Source: Chiloscyllium plagiosum
Taxonomy: Eukaryota
Length of the DNA stretch: 64,000 nt
Assembly: GCF_004010195.1 (NCBI RefSeq)
Contig: NC_057717.1
Location: 103,035,667 to 103,099,666, forward strand
Reading direction: 5' to 3'
Position numbers and translations under genes: made by a program. Below are positions 22,945 to 35,891 of the stretch, in pieces. Under the pieces are notes generated by a model. The model did not search any database. It had not been told where the DNA came from and saw only the letters and a program-made list of their open reading frames with translations. How positions within the stretch are numbered: position 1 is the stretch's first letter; every line of letters starts with the position of its first letter.

Positions 22945-24100
22945 CATAGAGTCATACAGACCCTTCGGTTCAACTCATCAAGGCCGACCAAGTTTCCCAA
23001 ACCAAACTAATCCCATCTGCCTGAGTTTGGCTCATATCTGTCTCAATCTTTTCTGTCCATGTACCTGTCCAAATGTCTCTTAAATGTTGTAGTTATACCT
23101 GCATCCACCAGTTTCTCACATGTAAACCACCCTCTGTGTGAAAAAGTTGCCCCTCAGGTCTCCCCTCACCATATAACTCTACCCTCTAGTTTTGAACTCA
23201 CATATCCCCAGGGGGAGAAAAAACCTTTGCTATTCACTTTATCTATGTCCCTCATGATTTTATAAACTTCTATAAGATCACCCCTCAATTTCCTAAGCTC
23301 CAGTGAAAAACGTCCCAGCCTATCGACCTCCCCTCATAAATCAAGCCCTTCAGTCCCAGTAACGTACTTGTAAATATTTTCCGCATCCTCTCCAATTTAA
23401 CAATACCCTTCCTATAGCAGGGCGACCAGGACTGCACCCCGTACTCCAAAAGTGGTTTCACCAACACGCAGTACAATTGCAACATGACTTCTCAACTCTA
23501 ATACTCAATGGTCGGACTAATGAAGGCGAGAATGCCAAATGCCTTCTTCATCACACTGTCTACCTGTGATTCAACTTTCGAGGAACTATGTACCTGAACC
23601 CCTGAGTCTCTCTATTCAACAACACTCCTCACCGCCCTATCATTAACTGTGTGAGACATGCCCTTGTTCATCTTGCCAAAATGCAACGCCTTGCATTTAT
23701 CCAGCTTAAAATCCATCTGCCACTTCTCGTCCCATTGGCCCAATTGATCAAGATCCCTTATAATCTTCTTCACTGTTGACTATACTACCTGTAGTGATTG
23801 CAGGGTGGTCCGGGTGGATCCCATTAACTATGAGATCCTTGATTGGAGTTGTTAACCTGGGCTAGGGAACCCTGGCCAGCAGCTATAAGCAGGAGTCTCA
23901 CAGAGTCTCCTCATTCTCGTGACTGGCTCTGAGCTGCCTGTCAGAGCCTATGTACTGTGCACTTGTAAATAAAGGGTGACTTGGTGACAGGATACCAGCC
24001 TCCGTGGAGTTATTTTGTCACCAATTTTGGTGTCACCCGCAAACTTCCTATGTTCTCATCCAAATCATTTATATAACTGACAAACAACAGAGAACCCAGT
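22945..24100 (-). mobile_element. CR1 LINE fragment interrupted by a solo LTR
   Basis: MLQLYCVLVKPLLEYGVQSWSPCYRK; RT sequence resumes after 24020. Confidence 0.88.
23790..24020 (+). mobile_element. Solo LTR, about 230 bp (Ty3/Gypsy-like inferred)
   Basis: Starts TGTAGTG, ends near GTCA; TATAAG at about 23885 and AATAAA at about 23968; cleanly splits a CR1 RT; possible degenerate TSD tacc/cacc. Confidence 0.7.
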
Positions 24101-24454
24101 CAATCAATACCCAGCAATCATAATAAAGATTAATGTACCATTTGTATTCCCAGTTGTTCACAGTGGTAGTGAATAGTGTGTTCTGGTTCACTTAAGTAGT
24201 TTAAGTTATGACAAAATGCACATTTACACTCATGTTAATCTCTGGGCAGCCAAGACAAAAACTCCTAATTTCTCTCCATCACAAGGCTGACCAGGAATCT
24301 CAGCTGTTTTTACCACCTGCATTGGCACACATTGGAAGGACTTACAAGTTGATGTTGAACCTGACTGGGAACTTTATGAACACTCTTTCTTTGGCCATCC
24401 GGTCTCAAAGTGAGATTATGAACCTGGTACCTCTAGCTCAGCAGCAGGGACACT

Positions 24455-24715
24455 ACCCTGTTTGCACATTCAGTGCATACCTGGAGTGTGCACATTCTCC
24501 CTGTGTCTGCGTGAGTTTCCTCCCACAATCCAAAGATATGCCGTTTAGTTGAGTTGCCCATGCTAAATTGCTCATAGTTTTCAGGGATGTGTAGGTTAGG
24601 TGCATTAGTCGGGGATAAATATAGGGTAGGGGAATGGGTCTGAGTGGGTTACTCTTTGGAAAGTCGGTGTGGACTTGGGCTGAAGGGCATGTTTCCACAC
24701 TGTAGGGATTCTGAT
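24455..24715 (+). mobile_element. HE1/V-SINE, 5'-truncated
   Basis: V domain and tail. Confidence 0.85.
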
Positions 24716-25129
24716 TTTTCACTACTCACTATCCATAACTTTATATTGCAACATTCCGTGCTGTACATCTCTATGACTCTATGCATTTGAAGGTGCATGT
24801 TGTCATAGAAAGTGTAGGGTGAAGGGAGGGCAATTGGCTCAGTTGTTTGGATGGCTCATGTGGATCACATATCCTGCCATCGTCCCACCCACCCCACCAA
24901 CATCAACCAACCCCCCTCAACATGCCCCACCCCCACCAATTCCCTACATTAATACAGAGTAGAGATGGTAACGCAGCGGTATTGTCATGAAGGCTAGTGG
25001 GCTTTTGTGGCACAGTGGCAATTTCCCGACCTCTGGTCCAGGCGCCCTGAGATCAAGTCCCACCTGCTTCAGAGGTACACCATCACATCTCTGAGCAGGT
25101 TCCTTAGAAAGATATTGAAAAAGAAGTTA

Positions 25130-25420
25130 GTAAATCAGAAGCCTTAACCAATTCTCCGGGTACACAGGTTCAAATCCCATTACAGCAGCTTGTGGACTGA
25201 AATACTCAATTAATAAATATCATTAGGGTGACCATAACAACCGTGATTTGGTTTGCTGCAAAATCTGTTCACTCATATCCTTCAGGGAAGGAAATTTGTC
25301 CAGCCTGGCCTACATGTGACTCTCCACACAGAGCAATGTGATTGACTCTTAACTGCCCTCTGGGCAATTAGTAGGGGGCAATAATTGCTGACCTAGCCAG
25401 TGACACCTGGAAAAAAATTT
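25130..25420 (+). mobile_element. SINE family B, diverged
   Basis: gggaaggaaat...ctggcctacatgtgactc...gactcttaactgccctctgggcaatta. Confidence 0.7.
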
Positions 25421-25819
25421 ACAAAAGCCCAGATTGGACCTGGTTAGATGCAGAGTGAAAGAGCTGTGACATGAGCGATGGTTCAATAGGTATTCTCTGG
25501 CCTTTGAGAGTTCAAACACGACTCTAGAGACTCAAACCTGACTGACCAATGTCGTGCTGAGGATGTACTGCCCTGGTAGAGATATTGTGCTTTCAATGTG
25601 GTGTTAAATCAGGACTCCAAATGCCCTTTTAGGAGGTAATATTTGTTTGAAGAAGAGGAGGGGGAATTCGCCCCAATGAATGGGAGATAGTAGCAGTGAG
25701 GCTCGACTTTTACTGGGCTGATATTCTGGGGTCTACTGGTTTAAATCCCACCTTAACAGAGACAGTGAATTATGAATTTGCCTAACCAAAGCTTTTTCTT
25801 TTGTCATCTCCTGATTAAC

Positions 25820-26390
25820 ATACAGGACATTGGTTAGGCCACATTTGGAATATTTTGTGTAATTCCAGTCTCCTTCCTATCAGAAGGATATCGTGAAACT
25901 TGAAAGGGTACAAACAAATATACAAGGATGTTGCCAGGGTTGGGGGATTTGAGCTATAGGGAGAGGTTGAACAAGCTGGGGCTGTTTTCCCTGTAGGGTC
26001 GGAGGCTGAGGGGTGACCTTATAGAGGTTTTTAAAATCGTGACGAATATGGATAGGGTAAATAGATAAAGTCTTTTCCCTGGGTTGGGGGAGTCCAGAAC
26101 TAGAGGGCATAGGTTTAGGGTGAGGGGGGAAAGATTTAAAAGTGACCTAAAGGGCAACGTTTTCACGCAGAGATAGGTGCATGTATGGAATGAGCTGCCG
26201 GGAAGTGGTGGAGGTTCGTACAATTACAACATTTAAAAGACATCTGGATGGGTACATGAACAGGAAGGGTTTAGAGGCATATGGGCCAAATGCTGGCAAA
26301 TGGGATGAGATTAATTTCAGATATCTGGTTGGCATGGATAATTTGGACTGAATGGTCAGTTTCCATGCTGCACTTCTCTATGATTCTAAC
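25820..26390 (+). mobile_element. CR1 LINE 3' fragment
   Basis: YRTLVRPHLEY through the 3' UTR. Confidence 0.92.
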
Positions 26391-26414
26391 AGCCAATCTG
26401 ATCATTCTCATATT

Positions 26415-27672
26415 GCCATTATGTTGAAGTTGACTATGCACAGATTGCCATGTTGTAGGAATTGGCTATGAGCAGATTGCCATATTGTAGGAGTTAGCTA
26501 TGAGCAGATTGCCATTGTGTTGAAGTTGGCTATGCGCAGATTGCCATGTTGTAGGAATTAGCTATGAGCAGATTACCCTATTATAGGAGTTGGCTATGAG
26601 CAGATTGCCATTGTGTAGGAGTTGGCTATGTGCAGATTGCCATTGTGTAGGAGTTGGCTATGCACAGATTGCCACTGTGTAGGAGTTGGCTATGTGCAGA
26701 TTGCCATATTGTAGTAGTTGGCTATGCACAGATTGCCATTGTATTGGAGTTGGCTATGCGCAGATAGCCATTGTGTAGGAGTTGGCTATGTGCAGATTGC
26801 CATATGGTAGGAGTTGGCTATGCACAGATTGCCATTGTGTAGGAATTGGCAATGCGCAGATTACAATATTGTAGGAGTTGGCTATGTGCAGATTGCCATA
26901 TTGTAAGAGTTGGCTATGCACAGATTGCCATTGTATTGGAGTTGGCTATGCACAGATTGCCATATTGTAGGAATTGGCTATGTGCAGATTGCCATATTGT
27001 AGGAGTTGGCTATGTGCAGATTGCCATATGGTAGGAGTTGGCTATGTGCAGATTGCCATTGTGTTGGAGTTGGCTATGCGTAGATTGCCATATGGTAGGA
27101 GTTGGCTATGAGCAGATTGCCATTGTGTAGGAGTTGGCTATGTGCAGATTGCCATTGTGTTGGAGTTGGCTATGCGTAGATTGCCATTGTGTTGGAGTTG
27201 GCTATGCACAGATTGCCATTGTGTAGGAGTTGGCTATGTACAGATTGCCATATGGTAGGAGTTGGCTATGTGCAGATTGCCATATTGTAGGAGTTGGCTA
27301 TGCGTAGATTGCCATTGTGTTGGAGTTGGCTATGAGCAGATTGCCATTGTGTTGGAGTTGGCTATGCACAGATTGCCATATTGTAGGAGTTGGCTATGAG
27401 CAGATTGCCATTGTGTAGGAGTTGGCTATGTGCAGATTGCCATATGGTAGGAGTTGGCTATGTGCAGATTGCCATTGTGTTGGAGTTGGCTATGCGCAGA
27501 TTGCCATGTTGTAGGAGTTGGCTATGCGTAGATTGCCATTGTGTTGGAGTTGGCTATGCGCAGATTGCCATTGTGTTGGAGTTGGCTACGCGCAGATTGC
27601 CATATGGTAGGAGTTGGCTATGTGCAGATTGCCATTGTGTTGGAGTTGGCTATGCGCAGATTGCCATTGTGT
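26415..27672. repeat. 32-bp minisatellite, about 39 copies
   Basis: Unit gtaggagttggctatg(t/c/a)gcagattgcca(ttgt/tatt/tatg). Confidence 0.95.
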
Positions 27673-28784
27673 CTCTGGTATTGCAGTAGTGTCTCCACTA
27701 CAGAGTGACTGAAGTGTGCTTTGTGATTCCCTGAGGTTGTGAATGGTGCTTCGTATATGCAAGCCAACTAGTTTTCATAACAAGCCGACCCCAATCACAG
27801 AATTCCTCGCTCGGCCAAATTGACCATCTCCAACACCAACCGACAGGTGGCCTTGTCAATTCAACAGCAATTGGCATCCCGTTCCTGGTATGTGCTAGTG
27901 ATGTGGACCCGTGCCAACATGGAGTTTGATCAAGCTCCATTAAGCAGCTAAATCAAAAACGACAATGACAAAGTTCTGGGTACTCGCTGCTAACTGGCCC
28001 TTGTGGTTGATTGCGTAGAGGACATCTAGTTTGCTGGTTGAAAATAACTAAAAACACAAGGAGGTCACACACAGCTCCTGTAGACATGAAGCATAAGAGA
28101 ACGTCAGGCAGTGGAGAAAATGTGAAAAAAAATCTACAATCATGATATCAGGGATGAAAGATTAGGACTAGGGAAGACTGGACAAACTGGAACTCTTAAC
28201 ACTGAGAGATGATGTGACAAAAATGTAATGGTTTTGATCAAAAATGTGCCTCTAAATATAGTGGGGGGAGAGTATGAGGCAGTCAGTAATAATCTCATAA
28301 AGGAAGCAGGCAAAATTTCTTTACTGAAAGACTGTGAAACTGCCTATCGCAGGGATAACAGAATAGAGATAGAGTGGAGGTGAAAGGATGGGATGAGGTT
28401 TGGTTGGAGCAGGGACTTGGGTTTAAGGCCCAGGTCCTCCAGAGATATATAACAACATCTCTGAACATTTTGGTTTGAAAATACCAGGTTCTTGCATTAA
28501 AGTGGTAGTGCCCCTCCCTCTGAGGCAGGAGACCACGGTTCACGTCTCACTGTAATGACATCCATGATTAGGAAATATCATGACCAGTTAGGATGAATGG
28601 CCTGTTTCTGTGTCAACCTTTGTTTAGGTTTGAGACACAGCCAGGAAAACTAGCATGGTAAGCTTCAGGAAAGGATTAATTCTCATTCGCGATCAATGTC
28701 TACGTTCTTGAGTGTGGTTTCTTTTAAACTGACACTGGACACCTCACAACAATCAGTAATTATCCTTTAGATCTGACAAGCAGT

Positions 28785-29177
28785 CACATACACACTCTCA
28801 CACACACACTCTCACACACACACACTCTCACACACACACACNNNNNNNNNNNNNNNNNNNNNNNNNNNNNNNNNNNNNNNNNNNNNNNNNNNNNNNNNNN
28901 NNNNNNNNNNNNNNNCACACACACATTCACAGTCTCTCTTACACACACTCTCACTCTCTCACACACATGCACACACACATACACACACAGAGTCTTTCTC
29001 ACACACACACACATTCATAGTTTCTCTTACACGTAATCTCACTCTCTCTCACACACATGTACACACACACTCTCTCTCTCACACACACACTCATACTGTC
29101 TCACACATACTCTCACACTCTCATACACACACATGCACACACACACTCACAGACACACATACATGCAAGCACACACA
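28785..29177. repeat. (CA)n/(CT)n tract spanning an N gap
   Basis: Visible periodicity; gap 28842-28915. Confidence 0.9.
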
Positions 29178-29382
29178 AATCCTCATTTGATACTACACAT
29201 TTTAAACTATGTTCAAAATTATCACTGTCTTCTACACACCATTTCCTTACTCTAAGTGAGACTGGCCTTTCAATTCGATGTGCTCCTGTGTTGGACAAGA
29301 GTATAATCAGCATTGATGCTGATAGTGGTGTCCTGTTTTACCAAATGAGGAGGAGCCATGTTGCTATGTGTTGCTGGCGGGT

Positions 29383-29600
29383 TGGTTAGTTTGGATGGCT
29401 AGCGGGTGATTCCAACAGTGTGGGTTCAATCCCCATCACTGGCTGGAATTATGATGGAGGACTCTCCTTCTCAACCTCTCCCCTCACCTGAGGTGTAGTG
29501 ACCCTCAGGTTAAACTCACCGTGAGTTGTATCCCTGTGACAAGAGAGTTGGACAATGGTCCAGTTGGACAATGGTTCAGTTGGACTATGGTGACTTGACT
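29383..29600 (+). mobile_element. SINE family C
   Basis: gtgggttcaatcccc...ccttctcaacctctcccctcacctgaggtgtagtgaccctcaggttaaa. Confidence 0.75.
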
Positions 29601-29607
29601 TTATTTC

Positions 29608-29691
29608 GAGAGTAGTCATGATTTGGAGATGCCAGTGTTGGACTGGGGTGTACAAAGTTAAAAATAACCTGGTATTGTGTGATTTTTAACT
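29608..29691. mobile_element. 84-bp fold-back PLE family-2 micro-insertion
   Basis: Inverted aaagttaaaaat/atttttaactt termini; 13-bp direct repeat ttgactttatttc at 29595-29607 and 29692-29704. Confidence 0.65.
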
Positions 29692-30514
29692 TTGACTTTA
29701 TTTCAGCTGAGGCATCACTGCGTGTTATACATTGCAGCTTAACTCAAGGTGACCTGCTGCTTTTAACAGAGGGAGGCCACTTCCGTATCCCAAAATTGAA
29801 GAATGGCAGGCAGAGCCTTTTCAAACTCCACACTGACTGACTCTTTAGCAGCTTGGGAGACATCTGAGCATCTGGGGCAGGTGACCTTCCTGTGCTGAGT
29901 GCTGCCAACATTTTAAGTATACCCTTCGCATCTCGTTTCATTCTCTCTATTTGTCGAACTGCTCCCCTCCTCCAACTCCCCCACTGTGACATTGTCAGTG
30001 TTCTTTCTGTTCCTCAAGACAGATGCAAAGGTATTCATTTGTCACCACAGACCAGCCCTCTGCCTCCCTTTTTGTTTCCCCTAATCGTGTTCGAACCTGT
30101 GCCAAAGCCTCTCAATCTCAACAGGAGCAGAGACCCTCCCAGAGCCTGGCATCGCTAATGATCAGCTCTTCAATTCTGACAACAAAAGTGAATTCTGTCT
30201 AAAAGTCGCTTAGCTGTGACAGAACCACTGGGATTCTTATTGGTTTAGTGCATTATTCTCTTTTTGAAGGAGTGCTGTGTGTTAATCTGTGACAGCTTGA
30301 TGATAGCCTGACACTTGGGAGTGATTCCTAGTCAGGGCCACTGCTGTGAATCTCGTTCCCTCTCCCAGGACTTGTCTGTCTTTTGAGTGTACCCGTGCCC
30401 ATTGCTACAGGAGGCAGGCTCATCTCATCGGCACACAAAAGGTGTATAACCTGGAAAGAAGTCATTTAAACAGATTGGGAAATAGTGCAATGACATAGAC
30501 CCCTGAGCATTACA

Positions 30515-30675
30515 CATCTCAGGTGACTGTCTGTGTGGGTTTCCTTCCGACATCCAAAGATGTGCAGGTTAAGTGGGATAGTCATGGAAATGCAGGGATA
30601 GGGTGGGGAGCTGAGTCTGGGGCAGGGTGCTTTTCGGAGGGTTGGTGAACACTGAATGGCGGGGATTCTATGAAA
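30515..30675 (+). mobile_element. HE1/V-SINE fragment
   Basis: gactgtctgtgtgggtttcc...tccaaagatgtgcaggtt. Confidence 0.75.
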
Positions 30676-30684
30676 CATCTCAGC

Positions 30685-31180
30685 ATTCTGTAAGTTTCAA
30701 TGTGATTCTTCTTCATTGTTCTAAACTCCATCGAGTACAGATCCAGAGTCGTCAATCACTTCTGACATGGCATTCCTGGGATCGTTCTTGTAAATCTCCG
30801 CTGCTGCTGACCCTAACCCTACCAAAGGCCAGCACAACCTTCCTTCAATGCAGGGCTCAAAACCGCTCATAATATTCCAAATGCGTTCTGACCAGAACTT
30901 TATTTGGCCTCAACAGTACATACTTGCTCTTGTATTCTCACTCTCTTGAAATGAATTTGCATTTGCCTTCCTAAATTCTGGTTGAACATGCCCGTTAAAC
31001 TGAAGAGAATCCCGAACTACTCCCAAGACCCTCTGTGTTTCAAATTTCTGAAGCCTTTCCCCGTTTAGCAAATAGCCTACACCTCTATTCTTCCAACCAA
31101 AGTGCATCACCTCACACTTTCCCACATTGTAATCCATCTGCCATTCCTTTGCCCACACTTCAAGCCTGTCCAAGTTTGTC
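30685..31180 (-). mobile_element. CR1 LINE fragment
   Basis: DRLEVWAKEWQMDYNVGKCEVMHFGWKN..YLLNGERL. Confidence 0.88.
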
Positions 31181-31717
31181 TGGAGTCAGGTAATGCTCTC
31201 ACCTACTGTAGTGTTTCCTGAACTGTTTCCCACTGGGGCCTTATGTCAGCGTTTGAATTCTTAGCAAGAGTCCATGGCCAGAATAATGAAGTTGACCTGT
31301 GTCATTGGCAGCTCCTTTACAACAACAACCTGCAGTAAAATGCTGCCCAGTGTACACTGCTGAAGGAACGTATTCCTGTAGAATTTCACAGCAAGCCGCA
31401 AGGACAGATGACCAACCGCTCAATTGATCAGGAAACACTTGCGTCTGAAAAGTGGGGAGAGGTGTAAGGGATTTAAAGGAGGTGATTCCAGACATTGGTA
31501 AACCGCCAGTGATGGGGGGGGGGGGGGAAGGACACAGATAGTGCAGGAGATCAAACTTATTGGGATCTCTGAGCATTGACAAACCAGAGGTAATTACAAA
31601 CATGCACATGGAGTTATTTGTGAGAGATAACTTTCAAAGCAAGACCTTGTGGACTGAAGCCAACATAACTCTACCACGTTACCCCTATATCGTTTCCCTG
31701 AACTTTTGGTTGATATT

Positions 31718-31893
31718 GAGTGTGGTGCTGGAAAAGCACAGCAGGCCAGGCAAGCATCTGTGGAACGGGAGAGTTCACATTTATGCCTGAAATGTTGATT
31801 CTCCTGCTCCTCGGATGCTGCCTGACCTGCTGTGCTTTTCCAGCACCACACTCTTGACTCTGATCCTCAGCATCTGCAGTCCCCACTTTCACC
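31718..31893. mobile_element. Fold-back PLE family-1 element, ribozyme core deleted
   Basis: gagtgtggtgctggaaaagcacagcagg / cctgctgtgcttttccagcaccacactc arms plus tail; degenerate TSD ttttggtt..t.ttgag. Confidence 0.78.
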
Positions 31894-32064
31894 TTTTGGT
31901 TAGTGTTGAGTTTGAGATTCTAAGACAGTGCCTTTTAAAAATGATTTTACATTCTCTGGCCTCAAAGGTACTTAGAGTTAAAAAATCCGTATTCCAATGA
32001 TATGCAGAATGAATAGAAACTCCTGTAACAACAACAACTTTGTTCACTTAGCGCCTGCAATACT

Positions 32065-32630
32065 TTTAGTTTATTGATGTTGCTGGATGAGCCAGCATTT
32101 ATTCCTCATCCCTAGTTACCCTTGAGAAAGTGGTGGGCAGTGCCTCTTGAACTACTGCAGTCCATGTGCTATAGTTAGACTCATTATGCCCCTAGTGAGG
32201 GAGTTTCAGAATTTTTACCCAGTCCAACTGAAGGATGTTTTTCCAAGACAGAATCTTGGAAGTGATTTGGAGGGGAACTTGCAAGGGGTGTTGTTCCCAT
32301 GTATCTGCTGCCCTTGTCTTTCCAGATGGAAGTGGTCTTGGATTGGGAAGGTACTGTCTGTAGGTCTTTGCTGCAATGCATCCTGTTGATAGTACACACT
32401 GCTGCTACTGAGCATCAGTGGGGGAGGGAATGGATGCTTGTGGATGGGGTACCAATCAAGCAGGGGCTGCTTTTCTCTGGATGGTGTCGAGCTTCTTGAG
32501 TGTTGTTGGAGCTTCCCCCATCCACAGGCAAGTGGGGAGTATTCCATCACACTCCTGACCCACACCTTGTAGATGGTGGACAAGGGATTTGGGGTGGTTC
32601 AGGAGGGGATGTTGCAAGTTGCAGGATTCC
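32065..32630 (-). mobile_element. Family-B LINE 3' fragment
   Basis: STIYKVWVRSVMEYSPLA; APTTLKKLDTIQ. Confidence 0.85.
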
Positions 32631-32639
32631 TTGCACATA

Positions 32640-33160
32640 AGTTAATGTATTGAAATGTCCCAAGACACTTCACAACAGTCTGACGAAACACGGTGAGATA
32701 TTAGGATAGTGACCAAAAGAGGTATTTGTAAGCAGTGTCTTACAGGAGAAGCATGAAGTAGAAAAGCAGAAAAATGAAGAGGGGATGTTCAAGAATATGA
32801 TGTCTAACTGAAGGAACAACCACAAGGAAGATTGTGGGATGGATGAGGCCAAGATTGAAGGAGGTTTCTCAGAGGGTTGTGAGCCTTTCGGTGATTACAG
32901 AGATGGGGAGACAGTCAGGCCATAAAGGAGCATAGATTCGAATTTTTACACCAAAATGTTGCTGGACCATGTCGATCAGCAGGCACGGGAAGATTGGGGA
33001 ATGGAACCTGGTGTGAGTTAAGACAGAGCTGGCAAAGTGCTGGGCGATCTCAAGTTTACAGAGCATGGGAGACAACTGGGGAGAGAGCAGCCCGGAGTCT
33101 GTTGGAATAGTTCAGTCCAAGGGAAATAAAAGCTTGGATAAGTTTATCAGCTGAGGATAA
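32640..33160 (-). mobile_element. Ancient L2-like LINE remnant
   Basis: Purine-rich gagatattaggatagtgaccaaaagagg...ggagtctgttggaatagttcagtc pattern typical of antisense L2. Confidence 0.55.
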
Positions 33161-33450
33161 TCTGTGGCTTTTTGCGATCAATTTGCTGTTCAGGAATTTA
33201 CCAATTACCTGGTCAAATCTCATTTGGAAACTTCATGTTAATTCTCCTTTCAGTCCTGCCATCTCTATGACAAAAGACAAAATATTTTTTTCACAACATG
33301 GAATCACTCTAGCAAATATTTATTGAGCCCTTTGCCTTCTCAGGGGACTTTAATGCTTCATCATCTCCTTTTCTTGGATAAACAGCACCTGACACCAATA
33401 ATGAATCCAGACTTGATTAAATATTCAGTTGTTGTGCTAGACGAATATGA

Positions 33451-33892
33451 GGAGAACGTGAGGACTGCAGATGCTGGAGATCAGAGCTGAAAATGTGTTG
33501 CTGGAAAAGCGCAGCAGGTCAGGCAGCATCCAAGGAACAGGAGAATCGACGTTTCGGGCATGAGCCCTTCTTCAGGAATGAGGAAAGTGTGTCCAGCAGG
33601 CTAAGATAAAAAGGTAGGGAGGAGGGACTTGGGGGAGAGGCGTTGGAAATGCGATAGGTGGAGATGTGGCTGTGGTAGCGAGTCTGTTTGAGAACGTGGC
33701 TTAAGAGCTTCTGTGCAGAGGAGATGACTTGGGGTGTGCAGTGAGTGTGGTACTCACTGNNNNNNNNNNNNNNNNNNNNNNNNNNNNNNNNNNNNNNNNN
33801 NNNNNNNNNNNNNNNNNNNNNNNNNNNNNNNNNNTCCTGTTCCTTGGATGCTGCCTGACCTGCTGCATTTTTCTAGCAACACATTTTCAGCT
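33451..33892 (-). mobile_element. Young PLE family-1 insertion with inverted termini, ORF fragment and 14-bp TSD (contains N gap)
   Basis: TSD ctagacgaatatga at 33437-33450 and 33893-33906; reverse strand 33664-33759 reads HCTPQVISSAQKLLSHVLKQTRYHSHI, resembling a PLE ORF N-terminus. Confidence 0.85.
33544..33579 (-). ncRNA. Minimal type-I hammerhead ribozyme motif (PLE family 1), intact core
   Basis: Reverse complement attc-CTGAAGA-a-GGGC tcat GCCC-GAAA-cg-TC-gatt; GUC cleavage triplet, palindromic ACGT. Confidence 0.75.
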
Positions 33893-34109
33893 CTAGACGA
33901 ATATGATAAAGGTTAATAAAGAGAAACTATTTGCTGTCGGTACAGATGTTGTGAATGAGGGGATATACACGCACACACAAGTTAAAAGGCCACCACTCAG
34001 CTGGGAAGGATTCTTTCATTCACAAAGTGTGACCCAGATCCCCTAGAACTGGAGCTCCCTGAATTGGGGATCAATAGATTTATCTGGGGCAGGGACGACC
34101 AATACCAGC

Positions 34110-34310
34110 TAAATAAAAGGATGATGTGCAATGCAGAGCCAATATTGTGGGTTTGATTCCCATTACCAGCCGAGGTTAGCATGATGGACATCCCTTCTCA
34201 ACCTCTCCTGAGGTGTGGTGACCCTCAGGTTGAATCACCCCCCATCATCACTCTCTCTGCTAGAGAGGGCAGATCTAAGGTCTGGTAAGGTTATGGTGAC
34301 TTCACCTTTT
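34110..34310 (+). mobile_element. SINE family C
   Basis: Same body as 29383-29600. Confidence 0.7.
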
Positions 34311-35127
34311 ATACCAGCCAAATGATGTTGAAGTACATGATCAAAGTGAATGACAGGAGCAGACTGAAAGGGGCTGAATGGCCACTTGCTTCCTTAAAAG
34401 TGTTCTTTCTGAAATTATTCTTTTTCAGATTGTAAGTACCAACGCACAAAGTACATAACAGAGCGGGAGGATTAATGTATTGCAGCATCAATTTCATGCT
34501 ACAACATTTATTTTGTCTGTTCTAAACAACATAGTCAATAAGATCAACTCTGATAAGGACTGCTTTATATTTAAGCTGCTCGTGATGAAGCCTGAAAGTG
34601 AAGCTGTTGAAATAACAATGGGTGTCTCAGACCTGGCAGCCTGTGTCTTTGCTAGTCTTCTAAAACCGTGCACAACACAAAGCATTGCTCATTAAGGTGT
34701 GTGAGAGGCATGTTAACTGCAGCTCACAAGATATTAACTGACAATGTGCTTCATGCTTTTCACAAATACACACACTGATCCATCATTATTAATGTGTCTG
34801 TTTCAGCAATTGGTGCGTTTTCGGTTTTAACCCTTCGAATGCATGCTGCAATGTTGGTATTATCTCCGCAATGAGCAACATGCTGGGCTGTGGGTTTTGC
34901 GGGATAAGGGGTGAAATCAGCCATGGCCTAACTGAATGACAGGAGACTACCAGAAGGGCCCCCTCCTGTTTGCAAGTATTCTTCTTCCAGCTCAGGTCGA
35001 GGGTTGTGAGCAAGACAGGCAAAACGCTGCCAATGCCAGAGAGCTGGCCAGAAGTTGCTGGCAGCATCTGTGGACAGAGAAGCAGACTTAACATTTCAGG
35101 TTTGATATGACTACATCAGATCTGAAG

Positions 35128-35330
35128 TCACACAATGCTAGGTTATAATCCAACAGGTTTGTTTGAAATCACAAGCTCTTTGAATGCTGTCCCATCATCA
35201 CATGAAGTCCACTTTACCTGACAAAGGAGCAGCACTCCGAAGGCTTGCAATTTCAAATAAATCTGCTGGACTATAACCTGGTGTCATGTCACATCTGAAC
35301 TTGTTCACCCCAGTCCTCACCTCCACATTG
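35128..35330. mobile_element. Fold-back PLE family-2 element, decayed
   Basis: aggttataatccaacaggttt / aaatctgctggactataacctg arms; degenerate core ctgacaaaggagcagcactccgaaggctt. Confidence 0.7.
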
Positions 35331-35891
35331 TGACTCCATCAGCTCTTGTGAAGTTGCGTATTGGACTTGAAAGGTTAACTTTGGCTGGAATGTTCCCACT
35401 TGCAGTCAAAGTATTTTTGTTGGGGGGGTGGAGGTTATTATTTCCCATGCACAATGGCTCATGGTGGCTTCTCTGATCCAATTTTCCTCTCTTCATCTCA
35501 CTCATTACTGAATGAGGCTTTCTTTGGGGAAGGAGGCAGCAGTACAGGCAGATGTGCTAGCCATTGCCAGGACCCTGCTCGTGCAATGTCTAAAGTCCAG
35601 CAGGACATCAGTCCGGCTGCTGGCAAATGCGACTAGATATGGTTAGGATGTCTGGTTGGCTTGGACAAGTTGGACTGAAGGGTCTGTTTCCATGCTGTAT
35701 ATCTCTATGACTCCACGTCTCTAAGTGCGCCTCACACTCAGGTACCCAACGGCTATTACAAAACACCAAGTCCAGTGGAAAGGGAAGTGCATTCCCCTCC
35801 TCATGCACAGAGGTCTTGGGGGTTCTGGTGGACAGCACAAGGAGGATATCCCACCAGACAAAGCCAACTTCGACAGATTGCGACCCCAGAT

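Noticed and set aside
26415..27672. CRISPR-like array (32-bp repeats with weak palindrome)
   Set aside because: Units are head-to-tail with no unique spacers, there are no cas genes, and the context is vertebrate.
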